A stretch of DNA of 64,000 nucleotides, taken from Octopus vulgaris (taxonomy: Eukaryota). Positions 1 to 12,743 of this stretch are shown here, piece by piece. The notes below the pieces were generated by a model. It saw nothing but the letters and a program-made list of their open reading frames with translations. It searched no databases and had not been told where the DNA came from. Numbering within the stretch: position 1 is the stretch's first letter; the number at the start of each line of letters is the position of its first letter. Both the position numbers and the translations under genes were made by a program. Where the stretch lies: positions 43,090,001-43,154,000 of the forward strand of contig OX597833.1 of the NCBI GenBank assembly GCA_951406725.2, given 5' to 3'.

Positions 1-308
1 ATAATGTAAAAAAAAAGGACAACGATAAAAACACAGGCACATTTGCTGTTGCTCTTTAACATGGTGGCTGTAAAATGGAAGAAAGGAAAGCAATTACTGA
101 AATTATTATTCGAGGAAATAGAGAAAATTATTTGTTACATTTAGGCATATCTCCTACAAAACAATTGAAAGTTGCTCCTAGGGGACACTACGAAAACGTT
201 GTTGAAGATCTAAAGCTATGAATAAAGCAGACGAAAAGTGGAAACTCTCTTTTGAATAAATTAATGTAAAGGAAAGGCACTCTTCAACATCAAATTAAGC
301 ACAGAGAG

Positions 309-535
309 AAAGTAAAAGTAAAGTTTTCCTTCCCGAGTCATACCGACTCATAAGGGACGATTCCTCAGTTTCCATGGCATATACATTCTCCATCGTAGCA
401 TTACTCAATTTTGCCAACTGAGTGAACTGGAGCAACGTGAAATGAAGTGTTTTGCTCAAGAACACAACGTGTTGCCCGGTCCAGGAATCGAAACCACAAT
501 GTTACGATCATGAGTCCAACATCCTAACCAGTAAG
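309..535 (-). mobile_element. tRNA-derived SINE, family C (V-domain-like centre)
   Basis: The minus strand reads TGGTTAGG (A-box) ... GGTTTCGATTCC (B-box), then GTGTTCTTGAGCAAAACACTTC, and ends in a TTTTAC tail. Related copies lie at ~15655-15845 and ~59470-59560. Confidence 0.75.
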
Positions 536-722
536 AGACTCTAGACTTTATTCGAAGCACCGTCTCCAGACACAAATATCCCTGTATCTTATACGAATAC
601 AAGGAACCCCTCATCATAGTATATGAACAACCTCCATCGTTCCCTATAGCGGGCGTTCACTATCTGTACATCTGCATATCTGTACATCTGTACATCTGTG
701 CATCTGCATATCTGTCTATCTG

Positions 723-758
<36 letters not shown>

Positions 759-1064
759 TCTCTCTCTCGCTTTCTCTTTCTCTCTCTCATTCTCACTCAC
801 TCTTTTTCAGCAAGTAATCCGACTTAATTTCTACTCGACTATTTATCTTAACGTGAAATAATCTTTACTGGTGTGCAGTACACTTCTGAACACCCGTAAC
901 ACCTAGTTTAGACAGAACCATATGAACATTTGAACTCAAATCTGCTCTGCAATCACAGAATCTGCTCTGCAATCACAGAAACAAAATGAAATGAGAAACT
1001 CAAAATATCAGCAGTGATAAAGTTCATCATCAAACAAAAAAATTCTGCTATATGTAATGAGCGC

Positions 1065-1160
1065 ATACATACATACATACATACATACATACATACATAC
1101 ATACATACATACATACATACATACATACATACATACATACATACATACATACATACATAC
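1065..1160. repeat. (TACA)n microsatellite, representative of dozens of TA/CA/GA/TACA/TAGA arrays in the window
   Basis: Seen directly; it explains the CMYV/HTYI ORFs. Confidence 0.98.
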
Positions 1161-1199
1161 TTGGATGCAAATAAGAAAACACGCACGCACACACATTCA

Positions 1200-2800
1200 T
1201 ACCTTTATACCTGCTCAGTTAGCATTCGGGTCACTTAGCATAGCACTATTAGGGCTAATTAGACCTATTTTCAACAGTGAGAAATGAGTTAGGAATCAGA
1301 AGACCGTTAACTAAAGCTCAATGGAATGTTAAGACAGTACACGTATTGGGATAAAAAGACTTAAAATACGTCATCCTGCACAAATAGCAATGAATCTAGA
1401 GAGATGTCGTATTCACATAACTATCCTACAGGAAACATAATTTTATCTCTCGGGCTATCTCAACTTTTATGAAATTGAATGCAAAGAATAAGGATTTAAA
1501 TTCACCATAACGAAGAATACAGGGCTAAAACAGATTACTGAAACGTTTGCGTCAGTAATTGGTAGAAAAATGACGACTGAACTAATATGGAGAAGGAACT
1601 TCAATGCTATGTACCAAATATGATAAACTCCAACGTAAGCAACGTATATTATATAATATCCCTCTACGGGATAAACAACTAATAAAAGGAAACTTTATTA
1701 ACAGGAAAAGAATAGGCTGTAGAAATTGGCCTGTAATTATGCGGCAACATGGTGTCGGAGGCAGCAACTCCAGTAGTGAACATCTGCTAAGTAGCTCTAT
1801 GTAATGAATTTAAAGGACTAATTATTAATATCAAGCAGTAAACCGAACTCAGGACATTGTGGATGCACTTTCGTTAGAAACATCGGTATATTGTTGTTTT
1901 TGTCATTTACACGGCAGCAGAGCAAACTAGACATCTACAGCACAGAGTTATACTGGTGCAAACTGCTAAACCGATCGTCTGCTATTAAGATGAAGACCAG
2001 TTTCAACAAACTCCGAAAGTACAACAGACAACTAGCCTGACAAGTTTGTCAAGCTTAGACAGAGAGAAAAAGCCATATCACTTGTTAGAATTCAATGTAA
2101 AATTAGAACAAGAGATGAAAGAAATATTTACGCAATATGATGTACAAGAGAAGTTGGTGATCGACAAGCAATGGTCATGCACTCGACAAGTTGTGTGCGA
2201 CAAGGCTAAAACTGCTTGGCAAGCATGACCGGAAATGTGAATTTGGATTTATCACTAATCACTCTGACCCGAAAATTCTACTGCAGTAAAGAAATCAGAT
2301 ATACATATGTTCCAAACAGTGAAGCTAAAAGTAAATCGATTAGGATAGCTTACACAGATACTTGCAGATAGCTACAAAATCACAGAAAGGTTCAAAGTTG
2401 ATGTGATCGGAACAGGGCAAGGTATCTGTAATGCGCCACAGTCAAATTACGCGAAGGCTGTTTATAAAGAACTTAAAGGTTTTTGAAATCCGCAGAAGAA
2501 AGAGCTCCGTCACCGGAAAATCAATTAATGAAAATAAAGTATTGTTAGTCAATAAAAGAGTATTGTACGCATGGAATGAACTCTTTCAAAAACTGCTCAA
2601 TGCATCTGGTGATAAATACATAACATGTCGTGCTTACCAACCTCCAACCACGCTTCGTGAGTTCAAAACTAGACGAGATACTCACAATGAAAGAATTGCT
2701 GAGGTAATCGCCTTTCAAATGTATTGCAGATACCTGATGGGAAAAGAATTCTTGCTGAAATCTGAAATATAGAGGATGTTTAACATTAGTGACAGCCTGC
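1200..2800 (+). mobile_element. Heavily decayed RTE-clade LINE (AP endonuclease and linker region)
   Basis: Broken-frame motifs: QWNVKTV (~1320), ILQET (~1423), WMHFR*KHRY (~1859, compare WxHPRSKHWH), ANC*TDRLL (~1958, compare CWTDHRL), WNELFQKLLN (~2572). Confidence 0.65.
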
Positions 2801-2855
2801 ATATTACTGTTGATAAAACACGAGAATAGGGCTCGATGCTGCCAGAATGTACAGA

Positions 2856-3056
2856 TCGAGCTGATAAATTTATTAGCACGCCGGGCAAAATGCTTAGTGG
2901 GATTTCGTCCGTCTTTATGTTCCGCCGAAGTCGATTTTGTCTTTCATCGTTTCGGGTTCGAGAAAATAAGACCCAGTCAAGCACTGGGGACGATGTAGTC
3001 GACTTAACCCCTCTCCCCAAATTTCAGGCCTTGTGCCTATAGCAGAAAGGATTGTT
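2856..3056 (+). mobile_element. SINE family A variant (Meta/MESC-like core, alternative 3' tail)
   Basis: Matches the family A head and core (GTCGATTTTG..TTTCATC..TTCGGG) but ends CTCCCCAAATTTCAGGCCTTGTGCC. A similar copy lies at 14437-14635. Confidence 0.75.
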
Positions 3057-4124
3057 ACAATTTTCGAGAAAAAATACAAAACATATTATGGAAGTTATAG
3101 AAGAATCTAGCTTCCATCAATGACAAGCAATATATCAACGATTGGAACAGCTGCTGGCAGTTGGAGTGATGGTGATGATTATGATGATTATATGGCTGCA
3201 CTAACTATACTGCTGCAGTGGTATCCTCCTTACAGCAAGGTGGAATGTGATGCCTATGAAGCAAAATGCATTCCTGGTCATTCACACGGCGCCAGGTCGG
3301 TGGTAGAATTTAAAGTCTCGACTTTCTGACGTAAATTCTGACAAAATTTAGATTCAGCCGGCTGCGATTTCTATCTGTTTCTTTCAAAACTAATTGATAT
3401 AGTTAATTGAATTAATTAATGAATTAATTATTCAATTAAATAAGCTGTAATTTGATTAATTGGCAGAAGCGGTGGAGAATTTTATTTGAAAAATTTTTCG
3501 TTTCCTTGAGTTCAAATACATCATGGCTCACCTTTGTGTCCCATATATCTGGTGTTGACCAAAACCCAATAAAATACTGGTTTAAAGCGGTGATGTGGTG
3601 ATAGACACATTAGAAGTCTGGACTAAATGCTTCCTGACATTTTACATCGGCCTTTTTCTATTTTTGTGGCTTCAAACTCTACCGTATTCACTTTTGATTT
3701 TCCTCTATTACCGATAACATAAGAATCAGTAATATATTGATTAAACTATGATATATGAACAAACACAATCGAACACTAAACTGTATTTCTGTCAATAAGT
3801 TAGTCTGGAATGAAAAAGAAAAGAACTCAGGACCTTTTCAGGCCACACCTCAAGATAGACCAGATTGATGCATCTAAGACCCAACTGAGACATCAGCAAG
3901 TCAATACTTACAGTAGTGGAGAAGTGGTTGTCAACGGTGAGAAGCAAGAGATATCTAGGTGAAAAGCGGGCCTTTTTTTTTAAAGAATGTTATTTAAGCT
4001 TTTAGAAAATCCATGTAATACTTCAGCTCATTGGAGAACGTGTTATTGAATATTGTCTTCTATTCAAAGTAAGCAACAGGGTTTAGTAGTTTTTGACAAA
4101 GTAAGTAATAGTTATCTATCGGTG

Positions 4125-4557
4125 AAATACATCTGGAAAATCCTGGAGGGTCTTGTCCCAAACTTTGGCATTCAAAGTTACCCCAACCGCAGAACGGGGC
4201 GCCACTGTATGGTGCCAAAAATTCCAACATCACCATCAAAATACAGGACCAGATACTGCAACAGTTTGGGTTTCAGAGGACCACAGCTCTTTAACATCCT
4301 CCCTAAATGCCTGAGAGACTTGCATGGTGTGGATGTGGGTTTCTTTAAAACTAAACTGGATTTCTTCTTGTCGGGGGTCCCAGATGAACCTACCTCACGA
4401 CAGGAGACACAGATGCGGGCAGTGCCATCGAGCTCCCTTGTTGACCAAGTGCCACGTATCAGAGGTGGATTCACATATTAGTGTAGCTCATTCAGCGGTG
4501 GTGCCCCAGCATGGCCGCGGCCTTCGAGCTAAAACATTTTTAAGGATTTAAGGATTT
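4125..4557 (+). mobile_element. 5'-truncated CR1-group LINE 3' end
   Basis: ORF2 C-terminus KYIWKILEGLVPNFGI...RTGRHC...FRGPQLFNILP...FKTKLDFFLSGVPDEP, a short 3'UTR and a tandem TAAGGATT tail. Confidence 0.75.
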
Positions 4558-4849
4558 ATCTATAAATTTTTAAACTTTAGAACATTCTTTAAAAAAATCC
4601 ATGCAAAGAACATCAGTAAAGCTAAACTTTCCATATAAAATGCATCGGTGATTCCGTTCGTTTTCTCTTGAGTAGACTATGATGTCAAAAAGTTTTTAAA
4701 AACTAGTGGTCTAGGGGAAAGAAGGTGTAGGTAAATTTTCTGACACTTGGTGGCAAAAAAAAAATAGCAAACAAGCAAACTGTGGAATTGCAAATATTTG
4801 GCTTTGCCATTCGAGTCTTGAGTCTCCATATCACACCCAGCTGAGACAC

Positions 4850-5258
4850 CTATTTCTTTACTACCCACAAGGGGCTAAACACAGAGGGGACAAACAAGGA
4901 CAGACAAACGGATTAAGTAGATTATATCGATCCCAGTGCGTAACTGGTACTTATTTTATCGACTCCGAAAGGATGAAAGGCAAAGTCAACCTCGGCGGAA
5001 TTTGAACTCACAACGTAACGGCAGACGAAATACCTGTTTCTTTACTACCCACAAGGGGCTAAACACAGAGGGGACAAACAAGGACAGACAAACTGATTAA
5101 GTAGATTACATCGACCCCAGTCCGTAACTGGTACTTAATTTATCGACCCCGAAAGGATGAAAGGCAAAGTCGACCTCGGCGGAATTTGAACTCAGAACGT
5201 AGCGGTAGACGAAATACCGCTCGCCCTGTGTGCTAACGTTTCTGCCAGCTCGCCGCCT
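4850..5258 (-). mobile_element. Tandem pair of family A SINEs (one 5'-truncated)
   Basis: Two consecutive copies of TTTCTTTACTACCCACAAGGGGCTAAACACAGAGGGGACAAAC...GACGAAATACC. The second copy extends to the head TCTGCCAGCTCGCCGCC. Confidence 0.9.
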
Positions 5259-5699
5259 GCAGCTCAATACCTAAAGCGAATATGAAATGGCACAAACGGT
5301 GCAAAGGAAGGAGTATCTTGCTGATTCGCAGGTTTAGAATAATATCGTTTAAATCTTTGAAAGATCCATATGATTCTTAGAAAGTAAGCAATCGATAGTT
5401 TGTTATATATTTTTCTAAGCTTTAAAACGTTATTTACAAAAATAAAAAAGTGTTTAAGCGAAGAGCTACAGTAATTTCTGACTTTCAATGCGATGGGCGT
5501 CAGTAATTTTTGTTTAATTTTCTATACACCATGGTGTCAAAAATGTTGAGGACCGCTGGCTTCCGAGAACGAAAATGTGGTTTTGTCTTGTAACAGATGG
5601 TGGTAAGAAAAAAAAAAAAAACTGGAATTTCAGTATTTATCTTCAACCATCAAAATTCCGAATTTAAAATCAATCGACTGTCTATTTTACTGATCGTCT

Positions 5700-6185
5700 C
5701 TCATCATCATTGTTCGACCGTGGTCGAGACAATGGAATTTACCATGCTACGCCAGACTTCACGGTCCATCATAGCATTACGGAGGTCCTGTTGCTGGATG
5801 CCTGCATCCCTGGAGATTACATCAGGGTAGGAGAGTGTGCGCCCTCTGGTATTGCGAGTAGATGGCTTCCAGAGGAGAAGAGTAGAAATTACATCTTTTT
5901 CAGCTCTGCAACAATGTCCAGCAAACTGGACTCTCCTACCTTTCACAAGAGATGACACAGGTGGTAGTTTCCCATATATTTGCATTTTGGTTGGATGGCG
6001 CTTCCACGAGAGATTTTGAGCTCTCATAAGGAGGCGAGTGTAGGTACCATCCAACCGCCTCTCAAGCTTCTTTGATAACGTCCAGGTTTCTGAGCCGTAT
6101 AGTAGAATTGGTTCGACTGTGGCCTTGAAGATTTGAAGTTTGAAGTCTCTACTTAGATTTGATGACCAGATCTTATGCATGTCAT
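5700..6185 (-). mobile_element. RTE/RTEX-clade LINE 3' fragment
   Basis: ORF 5707-6180 has ATVEPILLYGSETWTL, FAGHCCR and DREVWR, typical of the RTE post-RT region, followed by a GAT-repeat tail. Confidence 0.85.
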
Positions 6186-7103
6186 CTACATCGACAATAA
6201 GACCAGTGATTTGTTAGCAGCTGGAATGACGTAGTGGAGAGCAAAACTAACTGTATTTCGGGTACTAGATTTTCCTCCAGCGTTCTAACGTTGACACGTT
6301 CCTATTTGTCACCAGAAGACAAGTAATTATATGTACAAATACACAGCGAAAGTGTTTATTTCATTGACTATAGACGTAACTGTAAGCAAAATTGGACATG
6401 TACATAATTAGGACAAGTAATTTCCTGCTTGTTATAAAACAATGAATAAAGCAAAATGTGTGTGTATGTGTGTTTGTGAGTGTGTGTGTGAGTGTATGTA
6501 ACTGTTTACAAGAAACCACATAAACATGCACACACACACAAGGACGCACACACACACAAGGACGCGCACACACACACACACGCACATATGTCTATCTATA
6601 TATATTTACAAACACTACTTACACCAACAAATACAAAAATATGTAAATAGAGAGAGAGAGAGAGAAAGAGAGGGGGAGAGTCAGAATGAAAGTTAGAGAG
6701 GAGAAAAGATAGATTTTCTCTTTGTTAAATGCATTTTGCGAAAGAAGTACTCAAATAGTAAAAGTGCAAACTACAGTCATAGATTTTGGCTCTGTTTTCA
6801 CTCATGTGCTTCCAAAAAGGAGTGACTTTCAAAAGCACTTTTAACACTTTAGATACGTACATACATACATTCATACATACATACATACATACATACATAC
6901 ATTACATACATTGAATATTTTACAGTATATATTAAGTTCGATGTACAGAGTGCTATTTTGAACTATCAAATCTCAAAATACGCGACAACAATTAAAACAT
7001 ATACATGATTCTGATTCAGCTTAATTATATTATATACGAGTACTAATAAACACGGCATATACAAATATAAATACATACATATATACATACACGCACAAAT
7101 ATA

Positions 7104-8078
7104 CAGGGGTTGGACAAAATAATGGAAACACCTAGCATCATAGCATCATAATTTTGAAATATCTATAAAACCATCAAAATCTTGTTTATTTATTTATATT
7201 ATTTATTATTAGTGTTGCTTAATATGTTTTGCTAAAATTGCTGTTTCTTTTCAGATATCAGAAGAAGGAGGTAATTAAAATTCATTAAAATAACTATCTG
7301 ACTTTCAGAGACGTCAAATTCCTGGTACTCGTATAGCAGGCGCAAGCGTAACGAAAACAGCCGAAATGTTTGGTGTATCAAGAAGTACTGTCTCGAAAGT
7401 AATGACAGTCTATGAGAAAGAGGGAAAAACCTCCTCGTCGAAACAAAACTCCGGAAGAAAACCAAAACTTTCAGATAGGGGCCGTCGGACTCTTACGCGA
7501 ATTGTTAGAAAGGATCACAGAAATACAGCTCCCAAAATTACTGCAGAGCTTAATGTTCGTCGGGAGCTGCACAAAATGGGATTTCACGGGAGGACTGCAA
7601 TCAGAAAACCACTACTTTCAAAAACAAACGTTGCGAAGCGTTTAGAGTGCTGTATAAAGCCTACAGAATTGGTCCCTAGAGAAGTGGAAGAATGTTATTT
7701 TCTCGGACGAGTCATCCTTTACCTTATTTCCGACCACCGGTCAAGTAAACGTGTGGAGACAGCCAAAAAAAGCATTTGAGCAGACTGCCTTCTTCCAACT
7801 GTTAAACATGGAGGAGGATCTGTGATGATCTGTGGGGCTGTATCTTGGAAATCTACCGGTCTAATGGTTTCCCTTCATGGCAGAATTAATAGTTAAGACT
7901 ATTTAAGCATTTTATCTTATCAAATTCATCTTATGGTTGCGGAACTATTTCCGGAGGGAAACGCAATCTTTCAGGCTGATAATGCACCAATTTATACAGC
8001 TAAAGTTGTTAGTGAATGGGACGAGGAACATTCTAGTGAAGTTGAACATCTTATCTGACCACCACTGTCCCCAGATCT

Positions 8079-8082
<4 letters not shown>
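7104..8082 (+). mobile_element. Tc1-family transposon, decayed, right end lost
   Basis: TA followed by TIR CAGGGGTTGGACAAAATAATGGAAACAC. HTH ORF 7366-7779; FSDESSF, PTVKHGGGSVM, FQADNAP and PPLSPDLN motifs in broken frames. Confidence 0.9.
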
Positions 8083-8129
<47 letters not shown>

Positions 8130-8149
8130 CATACATACACTCACACACA

Positions 8150-8460
8150 CAGTCTAATGAATCGACCCTGGTACATTTTTCTTTGCCTTATACTTATTCT
8201 ATCTGTCCTCATTGCCGAACCGCTAAGTTACGGTGTCGTAAACACACTAGCACCCATTCTCAAGCAGTGTTGTGGGGTAAACACAAGCACGAAGACGCGC
8301 ATAGACATAGACATGTACCACAAGCTACTTTCAGTTTCTGTCTACCAACTGCATTCTCAAATATATTGTCGATATTTAGCAGAAAATATTGCCCAAGGTG
8401 CCATGCTGTGGGACTGAACCCAGAACCACCCGGCGAGGAACCAAAGTTCGTATCACACAC
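8150..8460 (-). mobile_element. Degenerate family B SINE
   Basis: GCCGAACCGCTAAGTTACGG and TTGCCCAAGGTGCCA..GTGGGACTGAACCC match family B. Confidence 0.75.
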
Positions 8461-8484
8461 ACATACACAAAAACACTTTATATT

Positions 8485-8587
<103 letters not shown>

Positions 8588-8616
8588 AGAGAGAGAACAA
8601 AGTATATGTACGCCAC

Positions 8617-8773
8617 TATATATATATAAATACAAAATGGGACAAGAACGCAAAACATCCAGAAGACGATACAAAAAGTTTAAAGGCTTCGAATGACCCG
8701 TCCGTGTTTTTTGTATCGTCTTCTGGATGTTTGGCGTTCTTGTCCCATTTTGTATTTATATATATATATATAT
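8617..8773. repeat. Near-perfect fold-back element (~60-bp arms) in (TA)n
   Basis: TAAATACAAAATGGGACAAGAACGCAAAACATCCAGAAGACGATACAAAAA pairs with its reverse complement at ~8708-8758. Confidence 0.9.
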
Positions 8774-8775
8774 AG

Positions 8776-9826
8776 GTGTGTGTGTGTGCTTCATATGGAG
8801 TGATGATAGCCATCCCATCAACATACACACCACACCCCATCACACAGTACAATCACTCTGTTGATGAGCCCTCAGATGACTTTTAAGGCCAGCTGCTGAC
8901 TGACAGGGTTTAAAACACAAGTGACATATCATTCAAATTTCTTCTACATCTTTGCCCTTTGGGATCTGATTTTGAAGGAATGCTTTTGTGAACTAGCGTA
9001 TGTTTTTTAAGTTCAGATATTGTCTTACAAGTTTTTTGACATATGACACAAATCGTAAGAGGTGGTTGGCTTCCAAGTTCATTACTTATTTGGGCATTAC
9101 GATTTTCGTGTGACTTCACATGATTCATGTATCCTGCTTTTGACAACAGAACCCGGTCACATATAATAGATATCCAATGTTCACTGTTGATTACAGTTCC
9201 AATTGTTCCTTTGCGACAGGCCTTTTTAAGTTTAGAAAGCTGAATCATCTTTTCCTCCCTGGCATTGGAACCAGTCCTAACAGCCCCTCTCCAATTGTCC
9301 CGATCTAGAGCATCATTGTCCCAATCATTTTCGTTCATATCTAGTTTCTTCAGGTTTTCCATCACAGTCTTTATACCTTTTCCTCGACTTATGTTGTGGT
9401 TGCTTACAAGAGTTGAGCTCACCATAAAAAAGATGCTTCGGCAAACTCTCGTCTTTCACTCTAATAACATATCCAGTCCATTTCATTTGAGCCAAGATAA
9501 CATGTTGTTCAATTGAGCTGCAACGTACCATGCGCAAAACCTCTGTAGCTGGTATGAAACATTCCTACTTGACTCCTAAGATATGTCTGAGGCACTTTTG
9601 ATGAAATCTCTCCAGCATTTTTATGTGATGCATGTAAGTGGCCCATGTCTCACTTGAATAAAGAAGTGCAGACAATTTACACGCTTTATAAACACTGATT
9701 TTTGTCTGCAGGGAGATACCTCTATCCGAACTTTCCAAATGCAACACATCCCTTCCCCTTTCGATAGTATATTTCTGCATCAAGACTACCATCTTTTGAA
9801 AGTGTGCTTCCTAAGTAAACAAAGGT
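8776..9826 (-). mobile_element. RTE (BovB-like) LINE 3' portion
   Basis: FVYLGS, YKACKLSALLYSSETW, LERFHQKCLRHIL, QMKWTGYVIR, LPKHLFYGEL and DRDNWR motifs, plus C-terminal C2H2-like motifs. Confidence 0.9.
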
Positions 9827-9829
9827 GTA

Positions 9830-9866
<37 letters not shown>

Positions 9867-9877
9867 TTCTGCGTATA

Positions 9878-10292
9878 CTCTTTACTCTTTACTCTTTTAC
9901 TTGTTTCAGTCAATTGACTGCGGCCATGCTGGAGCACCGCCTTTAATCGAGCAACTCGACCCCGGGACTTATTCTTTTGTAAGCTCAGTACTTATTCTAT
10001 CGGTCTCTTTTGCCGAACCGCTAAGTAACGGGGACATAAACACACCAGCATCGGTTGTCAAGCAATACTAGGGGGACAAACACAGACACACAAACACACA
10101 CACGCATATATATATATACATATATACGACGGACTTCTTTCAGCTTCCATCTACCAAATCCACTCACAAGGCTTTGGTCGGCCCGAGGCTATAGTAGAAG
10201 ACACTTGCCCAAGATGCCACGCAGTGGGACTGAACCTGGAACCATGAGGTTGGTAAACAAGCTACTTACCACACAGCCACTCCTGCGCCTAT
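9878..10292 (-). mobile_element. Full-length family B SINE (tRNA head, CORE-like block, internal microsatellite, (AGTAAAAG)n tail)
   Basis: The minus strand starts AGGCGCAGGAGTGGCTGTGTGGTAAG..GGTTCAGTCCC, continues CTTGGGCAAGTG and ends in GAGTAAAA repeats. Confidence 0.9.
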
Positions 10293-10904
10293 GCTGAGAA
10301 GACTTTTTGAAGTTTGCTTTATAAAATGTTATTTGCTTCTTTCTCTTTTTTATGTGGGGAGAGACTTGGAGTACTTTCGATTGACTTTGACTTTCTTTCA
10401 AAATTTCATTTCCTGTTATTATTATATGTACTGTATGTTAAAATCTGAGGAATTTTTCGTTGATCTTTTGTTTTTTTCTTTTTCTTTTGCGTATGTTTTT
10501 CTTATTTGGTAACTTGAAACAGCTGTAAAAGAGTAAACAAGAAAATATTTTATTTAAACTTAGAATCAGAACAGCAGCTTCACTTGTGTGTTATAGGTAC
10601 TGATAATAAAATTATAGGGTTGGACACTGTCAGTGAATAGAGAATGGAATGGGTGCAAATAGTAATAGTAGTAATGCTCGTGGTAGTGGTGGTAGTGTTG
10701 GTGGTAGTGGTAGTGGTGGTGGTGATAGTGGTGATGATGGTGATGGTGATGGTGGGGGAAGTGTGTGGAAGAAAGGAAGGCAAGGCAATGAATACAAGTA
10801 GGTGATGGGCAACAAATGAGGGAGCGGGTGGGGACGATATAATGACAGGCATAAAGTGTAGGGATTTACAGAGAAATAATTTTTTTTAAATGGGGAGAAA
10901 CAGT

Positions 10905-11435
10905 AAGAAGGAGAAGGAGGAGGAGAAGAAGAAGAAGAAGAAGAAGAAGAAGAAGAAGAAGAAGAAGAAGAAGAAGAAGAAGAAGGAAGGAGGGAGGAGG
11001 AGGAGGAGAAGAAGAAGAAGAAGAAGAAGAAGAAGAAGAAGAAGAAGAGGAGGAGGAGGAGGAGGAAGAAGAAGAAGAAGAAGAAGAAGAAGAAGAAGAA
11101 GAGGAGGAGGAGGAGGAGAAGAAGAAGAAGAAGAAGAAGGGGAGGAGGAGGAGGAAAGGAAGAAGAAGAAGAAGAAGGAGGAGGGGGGAGGAGGAGGAGA
11201 AGGAGGAGAAGGAGATGAAGAAGAAGAAGAAGGAGGAGGAGGAGAAGAAGAAGAAGAAGAAGGAGGAGGAGGCGGAGGAGGAAGAGGAGGAGGTAGAAGA
11301 GGAGGTAGAGGAGGAGGAGATGAAGAAGGAGGAGGAGGAAGAGGAGAAGAAGAAGAAGAAGAAGAAGAAGAAGAAGAAGAAGAAGAAGAAGAAGAAGAAG
11401 AAGAAGAAGAAGAAGAAGAAGAAGAAGAAGAAGAA
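10905..11435. repeat. Compound (GAA)n/(GGA)n polypurine tract, ~530 bp
   Basis: Seen directly. Confidence 0.98.
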
Positions 11436-11913
11436 ATCGTTAAGGAATGCGAAAGAATATATGTATTGCTGCTGATGGAATAAGGTAGGAAAGAGAAGAA
11501 AAATATGAAAAACAAAAAAAAAAAAACACAAGCATTCAAGGAGATAGAATGGCAGTATGAAATACAGCCAGCAGCTTAACACTGTAGACAGGAAGTAGCT
11601 GTTTTGGCTGTGACGGGAAACTAAACAGCACGCAGGAAGTGGTTGTGTTTCAACGCAGAAAGATGGCTGAAATGCTGAGAGGAATAGGAAATGGTCATTA
11701 TTTTGTACAAGATAACTGCAAGGAGGTTAACGAACGAATTTGCATACACACGGGGGCGCACTCATTTGGGTACACACGCACATGGGCACACACGCACGCA
11801 CATACACACCCTCACATACACACACACTCACACATACACACACACTCACACACATATTGTATGTATACGTGTGTAAGTGTTCGTGTATGTATATATACAT
11901 ACATACATATATG

Positions 11914-11967
<54 letters not shown>

Positions 11968-12000
11968 CACATACATATATACATACACTCACATATACAG

Positions 12001-12031
<31 letters not shown>

Positions 12032-12036
12032 TTCAT

Positions 12037-12078
<42 letters not shown>

Positions 12079-12743
12079 TTGTATGTATACACACACACAT
12101 ACACACACTCAAACATGCGTACATATATCTATTATGTATGTGTATATGCATGTTTGTTATGTATGTATAAGCAAATGGTATATTAGCACAAACATTAAAG
12201 TACAAACACTACTTTGGAAGGAAGTGTATGCTAAGAATTTTTCAATGGTAAGATAAAACAACCTAATGATATTATAGGAACTGATTATACAAATGGTGCT
12301 TACTGTAATTCTTTCAACAAACAGAAGCATGTTCTCAAAGTTATAAAAAAAACAGATGACGTTTTTATCAGCTTTTTTAAGTCACCTCTCTTACGTTTTC
12401 CTTCTTCTTTCTTTTGCCTTTGAATAAGTTCCTTTGTTAACTTTCTTAATAGAAATTGTATAGTCGTCTCTTTAGCCAACCCCTCTACACAATCTGTAAG
12501 CGCAACAAGGAAGCAGTCTTGCAACACATATACACACATACTCCCCAATACCCATGAACAGCACGTAGATAAAACCCCACCCCATTTAACTAGTTACATA
12601 TGCTAATCTTCAAAATCTAAGTCACTACCAAAATATTGCTCAAACTCTATTCCCAGTAACTAGGAAGCTTCGTATTTAGCTCAGTAAAATGTTACTGCTC
12701 TCAACAAACTCAAGTAAGAATTCAAGTAATATATGCTCACATA

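Noticed and set aside
939-978. 20-bp tandem duplication; another short one at ~61115-61150
   Set aside because: Ordinary local duplication with no further structure.
7104-8082. Active Tc1 or mariner transposase genes (also 12744-13974 and 22150-23261)
   Set aside because: All carry stops, frameshifts or deletions.
10866-11582. Long poly-S/F/L/E/K ORFs, and similar ORFs at 35852-36413, 51571-52163, 56743-57050 and 63164-63644
   Set aside because: These are stop-free frames of trinucleotide microsatellites, not genes.
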